NCBI GenBank assembly: GCA_041562555.1
Contig: JBFEXS010000049.1
Location: 1-15,531 of the forward strand
Direction: 5' to 3'
Source of the DNA: Sulfurimonadaceae bacterium
GTDB lineage: Bacteria > Campylobacterota > Campylobacteria > Campylobacterales > Sulfurimonadaceae
Length of the DNA: 15,531 nucleotides
Shown here: positions 1-7,172 of the stretch, one piece after another
Layout: every line of letters begins with the position of its first letter
Numbering within the stretch: position 1 is the stretch's first letter
Translations under genes and position numbers: made by a program
Notes under the pieces: model-generated
Seen by the model: only the letters and a program-made list of their open reading frames with translations
What the model was told of the DNA's origin: nothing
Database searches by the model: none

Positions 1-44
1 AGATCGATATTACAATCTTTGTCATAGTATACATTTAATGCCAT
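1..44 (-). CDS. ilvC: Ketol-acid reductoisomerase, N-terminal fragment (runs off the left edge)
   Basis: The reverse complement from 44 reads ATG GCA TTA AAT GTA TAC TAT GAC AAA GAT TGT AAT ATC GAT = MALNVYYDKDCNID, matching the Campylobacterota IlvC N-terminus (xVYYDKDC). An AAGGAA RBS lies at 52-57 (minus). ilvC divergent from rnr-holA is the known Campylobacter arrangement. Not in the ORF track. Confidence 0.88.
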   Translation of the reverse strand, partial: MALNVYYDKDCNID

Positions 45-98
45 AGGAGTATTCCTTCTTTTGGATTTAAGTCAATGCCCGACTTAAAAATTTTCGGG

Positions 99-104
99 AT
101 TATA
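99..104 (-). promoter_or_regulatory. Putative sigma70 -10 box (TATAAT) for ilvC
   Basis: ATTATA on + is a perfect TATAAT on -, about 55 nt upstream of the ilvC ATG. Confidence 0.55.
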
Positions 105-273
105 CTAAACTTCATCTCAAAATGGGCTGAAAGATACAAGATAGCTAATAATTCAAGACTATGGATCCATTATGGCTCATCTCAACCTGTCCTTAATAAC
201 TATGGATTTTTCCTTTTCCTTCTCAGATAACTTTTCTTTTCAGTTAAAGCTAATATGAACTCAACTAGAATAG

Positions 274-279
274 TATAAT
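274..279 (+). promoter_or_regulatory. Putative sigma70 -10 box (TATAAT) for the HDOD-rnr-holA operon
   Basis: Perfect TATAAT in an AT-rich context, about 30 nt upstream of the RBS-preceded ATG at 308. Confidence 0.55.
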
Positions 280-307
280 AATTTACATGACGCCAAGGAC
301 GCTAAAC

Positions 308-1114
308 ATGAACCATGTTTTAAAAGAAAAGATACAGCAGTTACCCGCCTTGCCAGAATCAGCTATCAAGCTAGAAGCCATCTACCATGATCCAAACTCA
401 AGTTTTGATGATATGGTCAAAATACTTGAGCTCGATCCCTTGCTTACTGCCGATATTTTAAAAGCTGCCAACTCACCCCTATATGGTTTTACCCGTGAGA
501 TCAACACCATAACACAGGCAGTAGGTCTTTTTGGTATGGGGACGATTCGCGGTTTTGCCCTTGCGATGATTGTAAAGAAAAGTTTTGATTTGAACCTTTC
601 ACCTTATGGGATATCCAATTCACAGTTCTCAGACCTTTCAAAGATGCAAAGTGCCTTGGCTGTAACCTGGTATCTGCGTCAAAAGCCTCAACTGATGGAT
701 CTTTTGTCACCTGCCTCTTTTTTAATTGAAATCGGTAAGGTGATGATTGCCCAATGTCTTTTGGACGAATCCAAGCACGATGAATTCAAAACAAAAATCG
801 AAGCGGGGGAAAGCGTGCGTGCAACAGAAGAAGCGTTTTGTGACACCTATACGGCAGAAGTCTCCGCAGATATCTTTAATCACTGGAAATTTGATGAAGA
901 CCTCATCAAGCTAATCCGCCATTGCGGTGAACCGGAAGCCTGTGATGATGAAAAACTTAAAGAAGCGACCAAGGTACTCCATGTCATCCGCATTGCGACA
1001 GGTCTTAATGGTGTCTTTACAGATGAAACCTTAACAAAAGCAAAAGAATTGATTCAACAATACGGGCTTGACCTTGAAAGTTTTGAAGCCGCTATTGAAA
1101 AAATGTCTGCGTGA
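308..1114 (+). CDS. Stand-alone HDOD-domain protein (signal-transduction, HD-related)
   Basis: Motifs LPALP, DPLLTADILKAANSPLYGF..EI.TITQAV.LFG and HWKF....I..IRH are typical of HDOD. The start is placed at ATG 308 (AAGGA at 295-299) rather than 287. The stop overlaps the rnr start (GTGA). Confidence 0.88.
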   Translation: MNHVLKEKIQQLPALPESAIKLEAIYHDPNSSFDDMVKILELDPLLTADILKAANSPLYGFTREINTITQAVGLFGMGTIRGFALAMIVKKSFDLNLSPYGISNSQFSDLSKMQSALAVTWYLRQKPQLMDLLSPASFLIEIGKVMIAQCLLDESKHDEFKTKIEAGESVRATEEAFCDTYTAEVSADIFNHWKFDEDLIKLIRHCGEPEACDDEKLKEATKVLHVIRIATGLNGVFTDETLTKAKELIQQYGLDLESFEAAIEKMSA

Positions 1115-3066
1115 AAATATTCCTGATCAAACTTACCCATGGTGTCATTGAGGCAGACCTCTGCGCTGAGGAAAGAGAGCTCCTGCATGAACTTAATGCC
1201 AAGGGCTTTTTAAACCTCGAAGAGCAAACCTATACCCTTCACTCCAAATACCGCGCAGGACTGATCGATCTTACCCAAACCGGTTCTGCCTATCTTCAGG
1301 TTATCGGAAGTTCCATGAAAGATCTTTTTATAGAGGCAAAAGACCTTCATGGGGCAGACAAAGATGATCTTGTCATCGCCCAGCGTCTGATCGGACGTCG
1401 AGGAAAGCCCTCTGCAGTCGTCGCCCATATCGTAGGGAAAGCAGAACATTATGGAGTTGCTGCCATTACTATGTTTGAAGGTAAAAAGACACTTACAGAC
1501 CTCAAAAGCAATACACCGGTAGCAATTCGCTTGGAAATCGGAGCATTGGACAATTACAAAGAAAACGATGTCTTTCAGATCGATTATCAACACAGCCGCA
1601 TCAAAGCCCATCTTGGTTCTTTGAACGATCCCCATATCGATGAGCTTATAGCATTGGCTCTTTTCAACCGTCATAACGAGTTTGAGGCAGATATCCTCGA
1701 GCAGGCTAAGAACTTTGGAGAGCGTGTTGATGCCACGCTCTATCCTGAGCGAAAAGATCTCCGGCATCTTCCTTTTTGTACCATCGATCCCGTCACGGCA
1801 AAAGATTTTGACGACGCGATCTATTTTGATGAGAAAGAGTATGCCCTTTATGTCGCTATAGCCGATGTATCCGCTTATGTAGAACCCTTTGGGCCTATTG
1901 ACACCGAAGCTATGTACCGAGGATTCACTGTATATTTCCCGCATAAGTCTGTACCCATGTTGCCAAGAGAGTTAAGTGAGAATCTCTGTTCACTCCGTCC
2001 CAACGAAGACAGGTTGGCCTTTACCTTCAAGATCTTTTTAGACCCGCAAAGCCTGGATGTTACCGGCACAGAACTGTATGAGACCCTCATTCATTCTCGC
2101 CGCCGTTACACCTACGCGGAAGTCGATGCGTTTTTTGAAGGAGAACTTGGAGCAAAAGATGAGCATGACAAAGTCACCATGGCTTACCTTCCAAAACTTA
2201 AAGAAATAACGGCCAAACTCAAAGAGAAACGCATGGTACACGGATATGACTTTCGCTCACGGGAGTTTGACATCTATCTGAATGATCAGGGTCTGATCGA
2301 AAAAGTCGACTCAGAAGAGGAGACACCGTCCCATGCACTTATCGAAGATTGTATGCTCCTGGCCAACAAGGCAGCTGCCAATATGTTTGAACGCGGTGTC
2401 TTTAGAATCCATGAGGCACCCAGCCCTCTCAAGCTGCAATCCTTATACACCCAACTCTCCACTATTGGCATTGACGTAGAAATCAAAGCGTCTATGCGTC
2501 AAACCATTTCAGATATACAAAAGAAAGCAGATGAGCTGGGTATAGCAGAAGAGGTTGACACCCTTATCATCCAATCACAGATGCAAGCACGTTATGCTCC
2601 AGACAACCAAGGTCACTTCGGATTGGGTTTTGATACCTATACCCATTTCACCTCACCGATCAGACGCTATTCTGATCTTATGGTACATAGGCTCTTAAAA
2701 GCAATACTCGCTCAAGATATGGATCAGGCAGGATATCTGATGCGTAACATAGATGCCCTGTGTGAGCAGATCTCTATCCTTGAACGTGAAGCGGACTATA
2801 CAGCCAAAGACCTTGAAAACAGAAAATATGCCCGTTGGGCCAGTGAACGTATCGGCACTGTTGTCAAAGCACGTATCGTCGCTATTGAACCAAGTCCAGT
2901 TGCTATCTTGTTCGATGAAATCATCGGTGCCCGCATTTTTTTAAAAGGTGACGAAGGCCTCAGGCTTTTTGGCAACGTCGAGATAGAACTTACCGAGGCG
3001 AGTATTGCATCGACAAAGATTTATGGACGATTTATCAAACATATTGAAGCACTGGAGGAAGCATGA
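1111..3066 (+). CDS. rnr: Ribonuclease R (RNB/VacB family)
   Basis: RNB motifs DLRHLPFCTIDPVTAKDFDDA, VAIADVS, LIEDCMLLAN and HFGLGFDTYTHFTSPIRRYSDLMVHRLLK; GTG start; conserved rnr-holA-rpsF order. Confidence 0.95.
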   Translation: MKIFLIKLTHGVIEADLCAEERELLHELNAKGFLNLEEQTYTLHSKYRAGLIDLTQTGSAYLQVIGSSMKDLFIEAKDLHGADKDDLVIAQRLIGRRGKPSAVVAHIVGKAEHYGVAAITMFEGKKTLTDLKSNTPVAIRLEIGALDNYKENDVFQIDYQHSRIKAHLGSLNDPHIDELIALALFNRHNEFEADILEQAKNFGERVDATLYPERKDLRHLPFCTIDPVTAKDFDDAIYFDEKEYALYVAIADVSAYVEPFGPIDTEAMYRGFTVYFPHKSVPMLPRELSENLCSLRPNEDRLAFTFKIFLDPQSLDVTGTELYETLIHSRRRYTYAEVDAFFEGELGAKDEHDKVTMAYLPKLKEITAKLKEKRMVHGYDFRSREFDIYLNDQGLIEKVDSEEETPSHALIEDCMLLANKAAANMFERGVFRIHEAPSPLKLQSLYTQLSTIGIDVEIKASMRQTISDIQKKADELGIAEEVDTLIIQSQMQARYAPDNQGHFGLGFDTYTHFTSPIRRYSDLMVHRLLKAILAQDMDQAGYLMRNIDALCEQISILEREADYTAKDLENRKYARWASERIGTVVKARIVAIEPSPVAILFDEIIGARIFLKGDEGLRLFGNVEIELTEASIASTKIYGRFIKHIEALEEA

Positions 3067-4040
3067 TCAAGAAGCAAGATTTTGATCGCCTTCTTCAACA
3101 GGGGAAGATACCGCGTGCTATGATGTTTTTTGGTGAGTCAGACTTTATGATCGACTACCATGCAAAAAAGCTGTGCGAGTTCTGGGGGGCCGATGATGAT
3201 ATCTTTACACTGTATCATCAAGAATATAATTTCAATGATGCCAAGGCCCATATCTCCCAAGGCTCTCTTTTTGGCGGGAATAATATCTTACTTATAAAAA
3301 ATGACAAAAAAGTACCAAAAAAAGAGTTGGACGAATTGATATCGTATGTCAGCAAAAGTCCTACAAACTTTTTGATTTACTGCTATTATGGACCGGATTA
3401 CAAGACCTCAAACAAATCGTTCACTCCTAAGGTCGGGGCAGAAAGTATCCGGTTTTTCAATCCTTATTTCAACGAAGCAAAAAACATCATCCGACAAGAG
3501 GCCCGTTCTTTCAACTTACAGATCAATGATGATGCCCTCACCCATCTTCTGCTATCACAAAACTCTAATCTCTCCCTTGCCTGCAATGAACTTGAGAAAC
3601 TTTCCATCTTGCAAACGCCAATTCATTCCAAAGAGATCCATGAACATGTTTATCCCCTTGCGGAAGTAAAACTAGATGCCTTAATTCTCGATATACTGGC
3701 GAAAAAAGACTTTAGAGAAAACATCGAGCGTCTCTTGGAAACAGGTGAGAATGAGATTCAGATCATTACTGCTTTAAGTAATTTTGTCACTCAACTCTTT
3801 TTGTTTCACACCTATATAAAAATTCATGGTCAAATTGATTCCGCTGCCGTATTGGGGTACAAACTACCCGCCTTTATCGAAAAAGAACGTGCCGCATTAT
3901 CGATCAAGTTTAAACTCCGAACCTATGAAATGCTCCTGGATCATTTATTAGAGACTGAACTTAAGCTCAAAAGTGGTGGAAATAAAGACACAACTTCTCT
4001 TTTACTCGCAGCACTCATAAAACTACAGGTTTTTTTATAG
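3063..4040 (+). CDS. holA: DNA polymerase III delta subunit
   Basis: Motifs FFGESDF, SQGSLFGG, NELEKL and C-terminal LLETELKLKSG; 325 aa; lies between rnr and rpsF as in Helicobacter; ATGA overlap with rnr. Confidence 0.88.
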   Translation: MIKKQDFDRLLQQGKIPRAMMFFGESDFMIDYHAKKLCEFWGADDDIFTLYHQEYNFNDAKAHISQGSLFGGNNILLIKNDKKVPKKELDELISYVSKSPTNFLIYCYYGPDYKTSNKSFTPKVGAESIRFFNPYFNEAKNIIRQEARSFNLQINDDALTHLLLSQNSNLSLACNELEKLSILQTPIHSKEIHEHVYPLAEVKLDALILDILAKKDFRENIERLLETGENEIQIITALSNFVTQLFLFHTYIKIHGQIDSAAVLGYKLPAFIEKERAALSIKFKLRTYEMLLDHLLETELKLKSGGNKDTTSLLLAALIKLQVFL

Positions 4041-4143
4041 CTTATCATCCTTTCTTTTTCGTATGATTTAAGATAAAACATTTTCGTTTCGAGCAACAAA
4101 CCTATACATACTATCCATAATAACTTTTTAAGTAGAATTAAGA

Positions 4144-4149
4144 TAAAAT
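4144..4149 (+). promoter_or_regulatory. Putative -10 box (TAAAAT) of the rpsF-ssb-rpsR operon
   Basis: TAAAAT preceded by TTTTTAAGT and an AT-rich tract typical of epsilonproteobacterial sigma70 promoters. The predicted start at about 4155-4157 coincides with the 5' end of the leader structure. Confidence 0.55.
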
Positions 4150-4156
4150 TCGCGCG

Positions 4157-4288
4157 TTCCTTGCTCTTTGTATCTCAATTTTCGCCCGTATATCGTTTCG
4201 ATAGGCGCTGATATGAGATGCATAATAGGGGTTTTCGTAAGAAAATCTCTAAATCCAGAAGGTGCTATAAATCCAAAAGGAGATCTCT
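4157..4288 (+). ncRNA. rpsF 5' leader, S6:S18-binding autoregulatory RNA (cis-element)
   Basis: TTCCTT (4157-4162) can pair with the SD AAGGAG (4277-4282). An unpaired CCA (4273-4275) sits just 5' of the SD, and GCTCTT (4163-4168) can pair with AAGG-T-GC (4259-4265). This is the known S6:S18 CCR-motif architecture, with two additional internal hairpins. Confidence 0.7.
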
Positions 4289-4687
4289 ATGAGACATTAC
4301 GAAAACCTCGTAATCCTAAAACCGACGTTAACTGCTGAAGAAATGGAAGCAGCTATCGCAAATATCGAAGCTAACATCACAAATGGTGGTGGTGAAATCG
4401 TTGCTCGTGACGCTAAAGGTATGAAACGCCTTGCTTACGAAATCAACAAAAATGCACGTGGTTATTTCCACATTATGTATTTCAAGATTGCACCGGCTGC
4501 AATCGAAGAAATCGAGCGTCTTTACCGTATTAACGAAGATGTACTTCGTTTCGTTACTGTTAAATATGACAGCAAGCGTGAGGTAAAAGCGTGGAATGAA
4601 TTAGTTGCTAAGACTGAAAAAGCTGCAAAAGCAGCTCCAGCTCCAGAAGCAGCTCCAGAAGCAGAAGCGGATAAAGCAGACGCATAA
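4289..4687 (+). CDS. rpsF: 30S ribosomal protein S6
   Basis: MRHYE..ILKP, G.KRLAYEI.K..RGYF and RINEDVLRF motifs; strong AAGGAG RBS; Ala/Pro/Glu-rich tail. Confidence 0.98.
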   Translation: MRHYENLVILKPTLTAEEMEAAIANIEANITNGGGEIVARDAKGMKRLAYEINKNARGYFHIMYFKIAPAAIEEIERLYRINEDVLRFVTVKYDSKREVKAWNELVAKTEKAAKAAPAPEAAPEAEADKADA

Positions 4688-4702
4688 GTCTAAGGAAAAA
4701 CT

Positions 4703-5299
4703 ATGTTTAATAAAGTTGTACTGGTAGGAAACCTCACGCGTGACATCGAACTGCGTTATGCACAAAGCGGAAGCGCTGTTGCAAACACAGCGATTGCAAC
4801 AAGTCGTAAGTTCACTCAAAATGGAGAGCGTAAAGAGGAAGTATGTTTTATCGATATCACTTTCTTTGGCCGTTCTGCTGAAGTGGCGAACCAGTACCTT
4901 AGACGTGGTAGTAAAATCCTTGTTGAAGGTAGACTCAAATTTGATCAGTGGGTTGCTCAAGACGGCAGCAAACGTTCAAAACATACAGTGATCGTTGAGA
5001 CAATGCAGATGCTTGACTCTAAAGCCGACGCACAAGGAGGAGGAGACTATTCTTCTGCTCCAATGGGTAACGGTAGCGGATATGAGACACCTGCTCAACC
5101 ATCTAATTATGGTTCACAGCCACAACAACCATCTTATGGACAGCAACAGCCGTCCCAGCAGTATGGCAATGGGCAATCGAACAGCAGTTATGGTAATCAG
5201 CAACAGCAGCAAATGCCTTCGCAAAGTTACCAGAAGCAAGAGATGCCTCAACATAACATTCCTGAGATCGACATCGACGAAGATGAGATCCCATTTTAG
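4703..5299 (+). CDS. ssb: Single-stranded DNA-binding protein
   Basis: MFNKVVLVGNLTRDIELRY OB-fold, a Q/S/G-rich linker and the acidic tip DEDEIPF; lies between rpsF and rpsR. Confidence 0.98.
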   Translation: MFNKVVLVGNLTRDIELRYAQSGSAVANTAIATSRKFTQNGERKEEVCFIDITFFGRSAEVANQYLRRGSKILVEGRLKFDQWVAQDGSKRSKHTVIVETMQMLDSKADAQGGGDYSSAPMGNGSGYETPAQPSNYGSQPQQPSYGQQQPSQQYGNGQSNSSYGNQQQQQMPSQSYQKQEMPQHNIPEIDIDEDEIPF

Positions 5300-5324
5300 A
5301 AATAGATAACATAAGGAAATAATT

Positions 5325-5591
5325 ATGGCAGAAAGAAGAAAATACAAAAAACGTTATTGTAAATATTGTGAAGCAAAAATTGACTTCATCGATTACAAAG
5401 ATACTAACTCTCTTAAGCATTCAATGTCAGAGCGTTACAAGATCATGCCTCGTCGTTTAACAGGTAACTGTAAACGTCACCAAGAGATGATCTCAAATGC
5501 AATCAAGCGTGCACGTCAAGCGGCATTAGTACCATACACTGTTACACGTAAAGTAGTAGTTGCTAACCCATTTGAAAGCATCGTAAGCTAG
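5325..5591 (+). CDS. rpsR: 30S ribosomal protein S18 (Zn-binding C+ type)
   Basis: [26 protein letters not shown] and [13 protein letters not shown] motifs. Confidence 0.98.
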   Translation: MAERRKYKKRYCKYCEAKIDFIDYKDTNSLKHSMSERYKIMPRRLTGNCKRHQEMISNAIKRARQAALVPYTVTRKVVVANPFESIVS

Positions 5592-5607
5592 AAAACTTTT
5601 CTAGAAC

Positions 5608-5627
5608 AGACCTCTTTTAAGAGGTCT
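5608..5627 (+). terminator. Stem-loop after rpsR, probable terminator
   Basis: AGACCTCT-TTTA-AGAGGTCT is a perfect 8-bp stem starting 17 nt after the rpsR stop. The U-tract is weak. Confidence 0.55.
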
Positions 5628-5781
5628 TAGTACCTCCACCTCCCTATCCCATTGACTCCTCTTGAGCTTAAACACATTTATTTAATTCTATAGAATTATT
5701 GTTTTTTAATTAAAGTATCGTTACGCTATATCAAGGATGTTCTGAATTTTCCTATAAATTCAACAAGCACAAGGGTATACG

Positions 5782-7113
5782 ATGACATTTTTGCAACACT
5801 TACAAAGTAGTCTTATACTGGGTACAAAGATGACGCATCCTGAAGATGAGCACTTTTTACATCAACAATGCAAAGAACTATTTTCGTATATCAATTCAGA
5901 TCAAAATGATCAGATCAAACAATTAATCGAAGCAGGTGTCGATCCCGATAAATGTGAACACCACCACCTTCGCGCTCTCAACCATGCCATCAATCAACAG
6001 CATTACTCCAGTGTTCAAACACTTATCAGTTATGGCTGTGACATCAACTATACCGACTGTTTTTCTTTGAGACCATTAGATTATGCGATTAAGAGTAAAA
6101 ACAGTGAGATAATCCAGCTACTACTACGATACGGTGCAACAGATGCGCAAGGAAACTATCAGGCTTTGGTTCCTGATTACGGTGTATCCGACACCTTCGA
6201 AGCAGCAGTAACGGGAAATTTACATGCCCTTGTCTATTATCATTCCCTCGGTGCAAGTTTACATGAAGAGCGTGCCAACAAAACAACCCTGTTGCATATG
6301 GCAATAGAAGGAAACAATCCTAAACTCTTGGTCTATCTATTAAACAAGGGGCTCAATATTGATCTGGCCGACAAAAGCGGTACTTCTGCACTCATGCTAG
6401 CAGCTATGGATCACTCACGATTACGACTCCTTAAAATACTCATCAGGCGGAATGCAACCTTGGATCAACGCAATAACCGCCATACATCAGCACTCAGCAT
6501 GGCAATTAAACGTTTTAATATCAAAGCTGCAATACTGCTTATTAACAAAGGTGCCGACATCAACATCCGAGATGGGATTGACACACCTTTAAGTCTCGTA
6601 CACAAAGCTTTGGCACAGACTGGAAACAAAATTCTACAAGAGGAGTTAAGGTCTCTGCAGACACTGCTGTTTAGCAAGGGAGCCCATGTCAATACCTGCG
6701 ATGACAACCTGAGATGGAGTCCTCTGATGCTCACTGCAAGTCACTACCAGGATTTTAAAAGTACAGCCCATCTGAAGTTATTGATCAAATTAGGTGCCTA
6801 TCTTGACCAGCGGGACAAAAACCAACGAACTGCCTTGATGATCGCCAGCTCCCTGGGACGGATAGAAGCACTTGAAGTACTTATCAAATATAATGCCAAT
6901 CTCAATCTGTATGATAAGTTTGGATGGACAGCATTAATGCTGGCAGTATATTATAATCAAAAAGAGGTCGTTAAGCTGCTTCTTGTTTCCGGTGCCGATG
7001 TCAACATAAACACTAAAAAAGGGCTTAATGCACTCAAAGTCGCCATTGACAATGAACGAGCAGCACTCATTCCTATTCTGAAAGATTACGGAGCCCTTAC
7101 ACCAAAAGAGTAG
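5782..7113 (+). CDS. Ankyrin-repeat protein (about 10-11 repeats), no obvious signal peptide
   Basis: Repeated ankyrin consensus units, e.g. GWTALMLAVYYNQKEVVKLLLVSGADVN, TALMIASSLGRIEALEVLIKYNANLN, TLLHMAIEGNNPKLLVYLLNKGLNID and PLDYAIKSKNSEIIQLLLRYGA. Confidence 0.92.
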   Translation: MTFLQHLQSSLILGTKMTHPEDEHFLHQQCKELFSYINSDQNDQIKQLIEAGVDPDKCEHHHLRALNHAINQQHYSSVQTLISYGCDINYTDCFSLRPLDYAIKSKNSEIIQLLLRYGATDAQGNYQALVPDYGVSDTFEAAVTGNLHALVYYHSLGASLHEERANKTTLLHMAIEGNNPKLLVYLLNKGLNIDLADKSGTSALMLAAMDHSRLRLLKILIRRNATLDQRNNRHTSALSMAIKRFNIKAAILLINKGADINIRDGIDTPLSLVHKALAQTGNKILQEELRSLQTLLFSKGAHVNTCDDNLRWSPLMLTASHYQDFKSTAHLKLLIKLGAYLDQRDKNQRTALMIASSLGRIEALEVLIKYNANLNLYDKFGWTALMLAVYYNQKEVVKLLLVSGADVNINTKKGLNALKVAIDNERAALIPILKDYGALTPKE

Positions 7114-7172
7114 ACAATATTATCTCCCTGAGCTGGTATACATATTGCTTTAATATCCTAAAATGGATATTT

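Noticed and set aside
287..307. Longer N-terminus (ATG 287) for the HDOD gene
   Set aside because: ATG 287 has no RBS and sits at about the predicted transcription start; ATG 308 has a well-spaced AAGGA. A leaderless start cannot be fully excluded.
1210..1944. 244-aa antisense ORF inside rnr
   Set aside because: It lies wholly opposite a well-supported gene and has no recognisable motifs, so it is most likely a shadow ORF.
4629..4669. Short direct repeats (GCAGCTCCAG/CCAGAAGCAG) at the end of rpsF
   Set aside because: They encode the Ala/Pro/Glu low-complexity S6 tail; there are no spacers, so this is not a CRISPR array or mobile repeat.
5030..5250. CAG/CAA-rich repeats in ssb
   Set aside because: This is the ordinary Q/S/G-rich disordered SSB linker.
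4601..5420. Several alternative-frame and antisense ORFs over rpsF/ssb/rpsR
   Set aside because: They overlap highly conserved genes and are explained by codon bias and low-complexity sequence.
5325..5780. Absence of rplI after rpsR
   Set aside because: This is normal for Campylobacterota, where rplI lies elsewhere.
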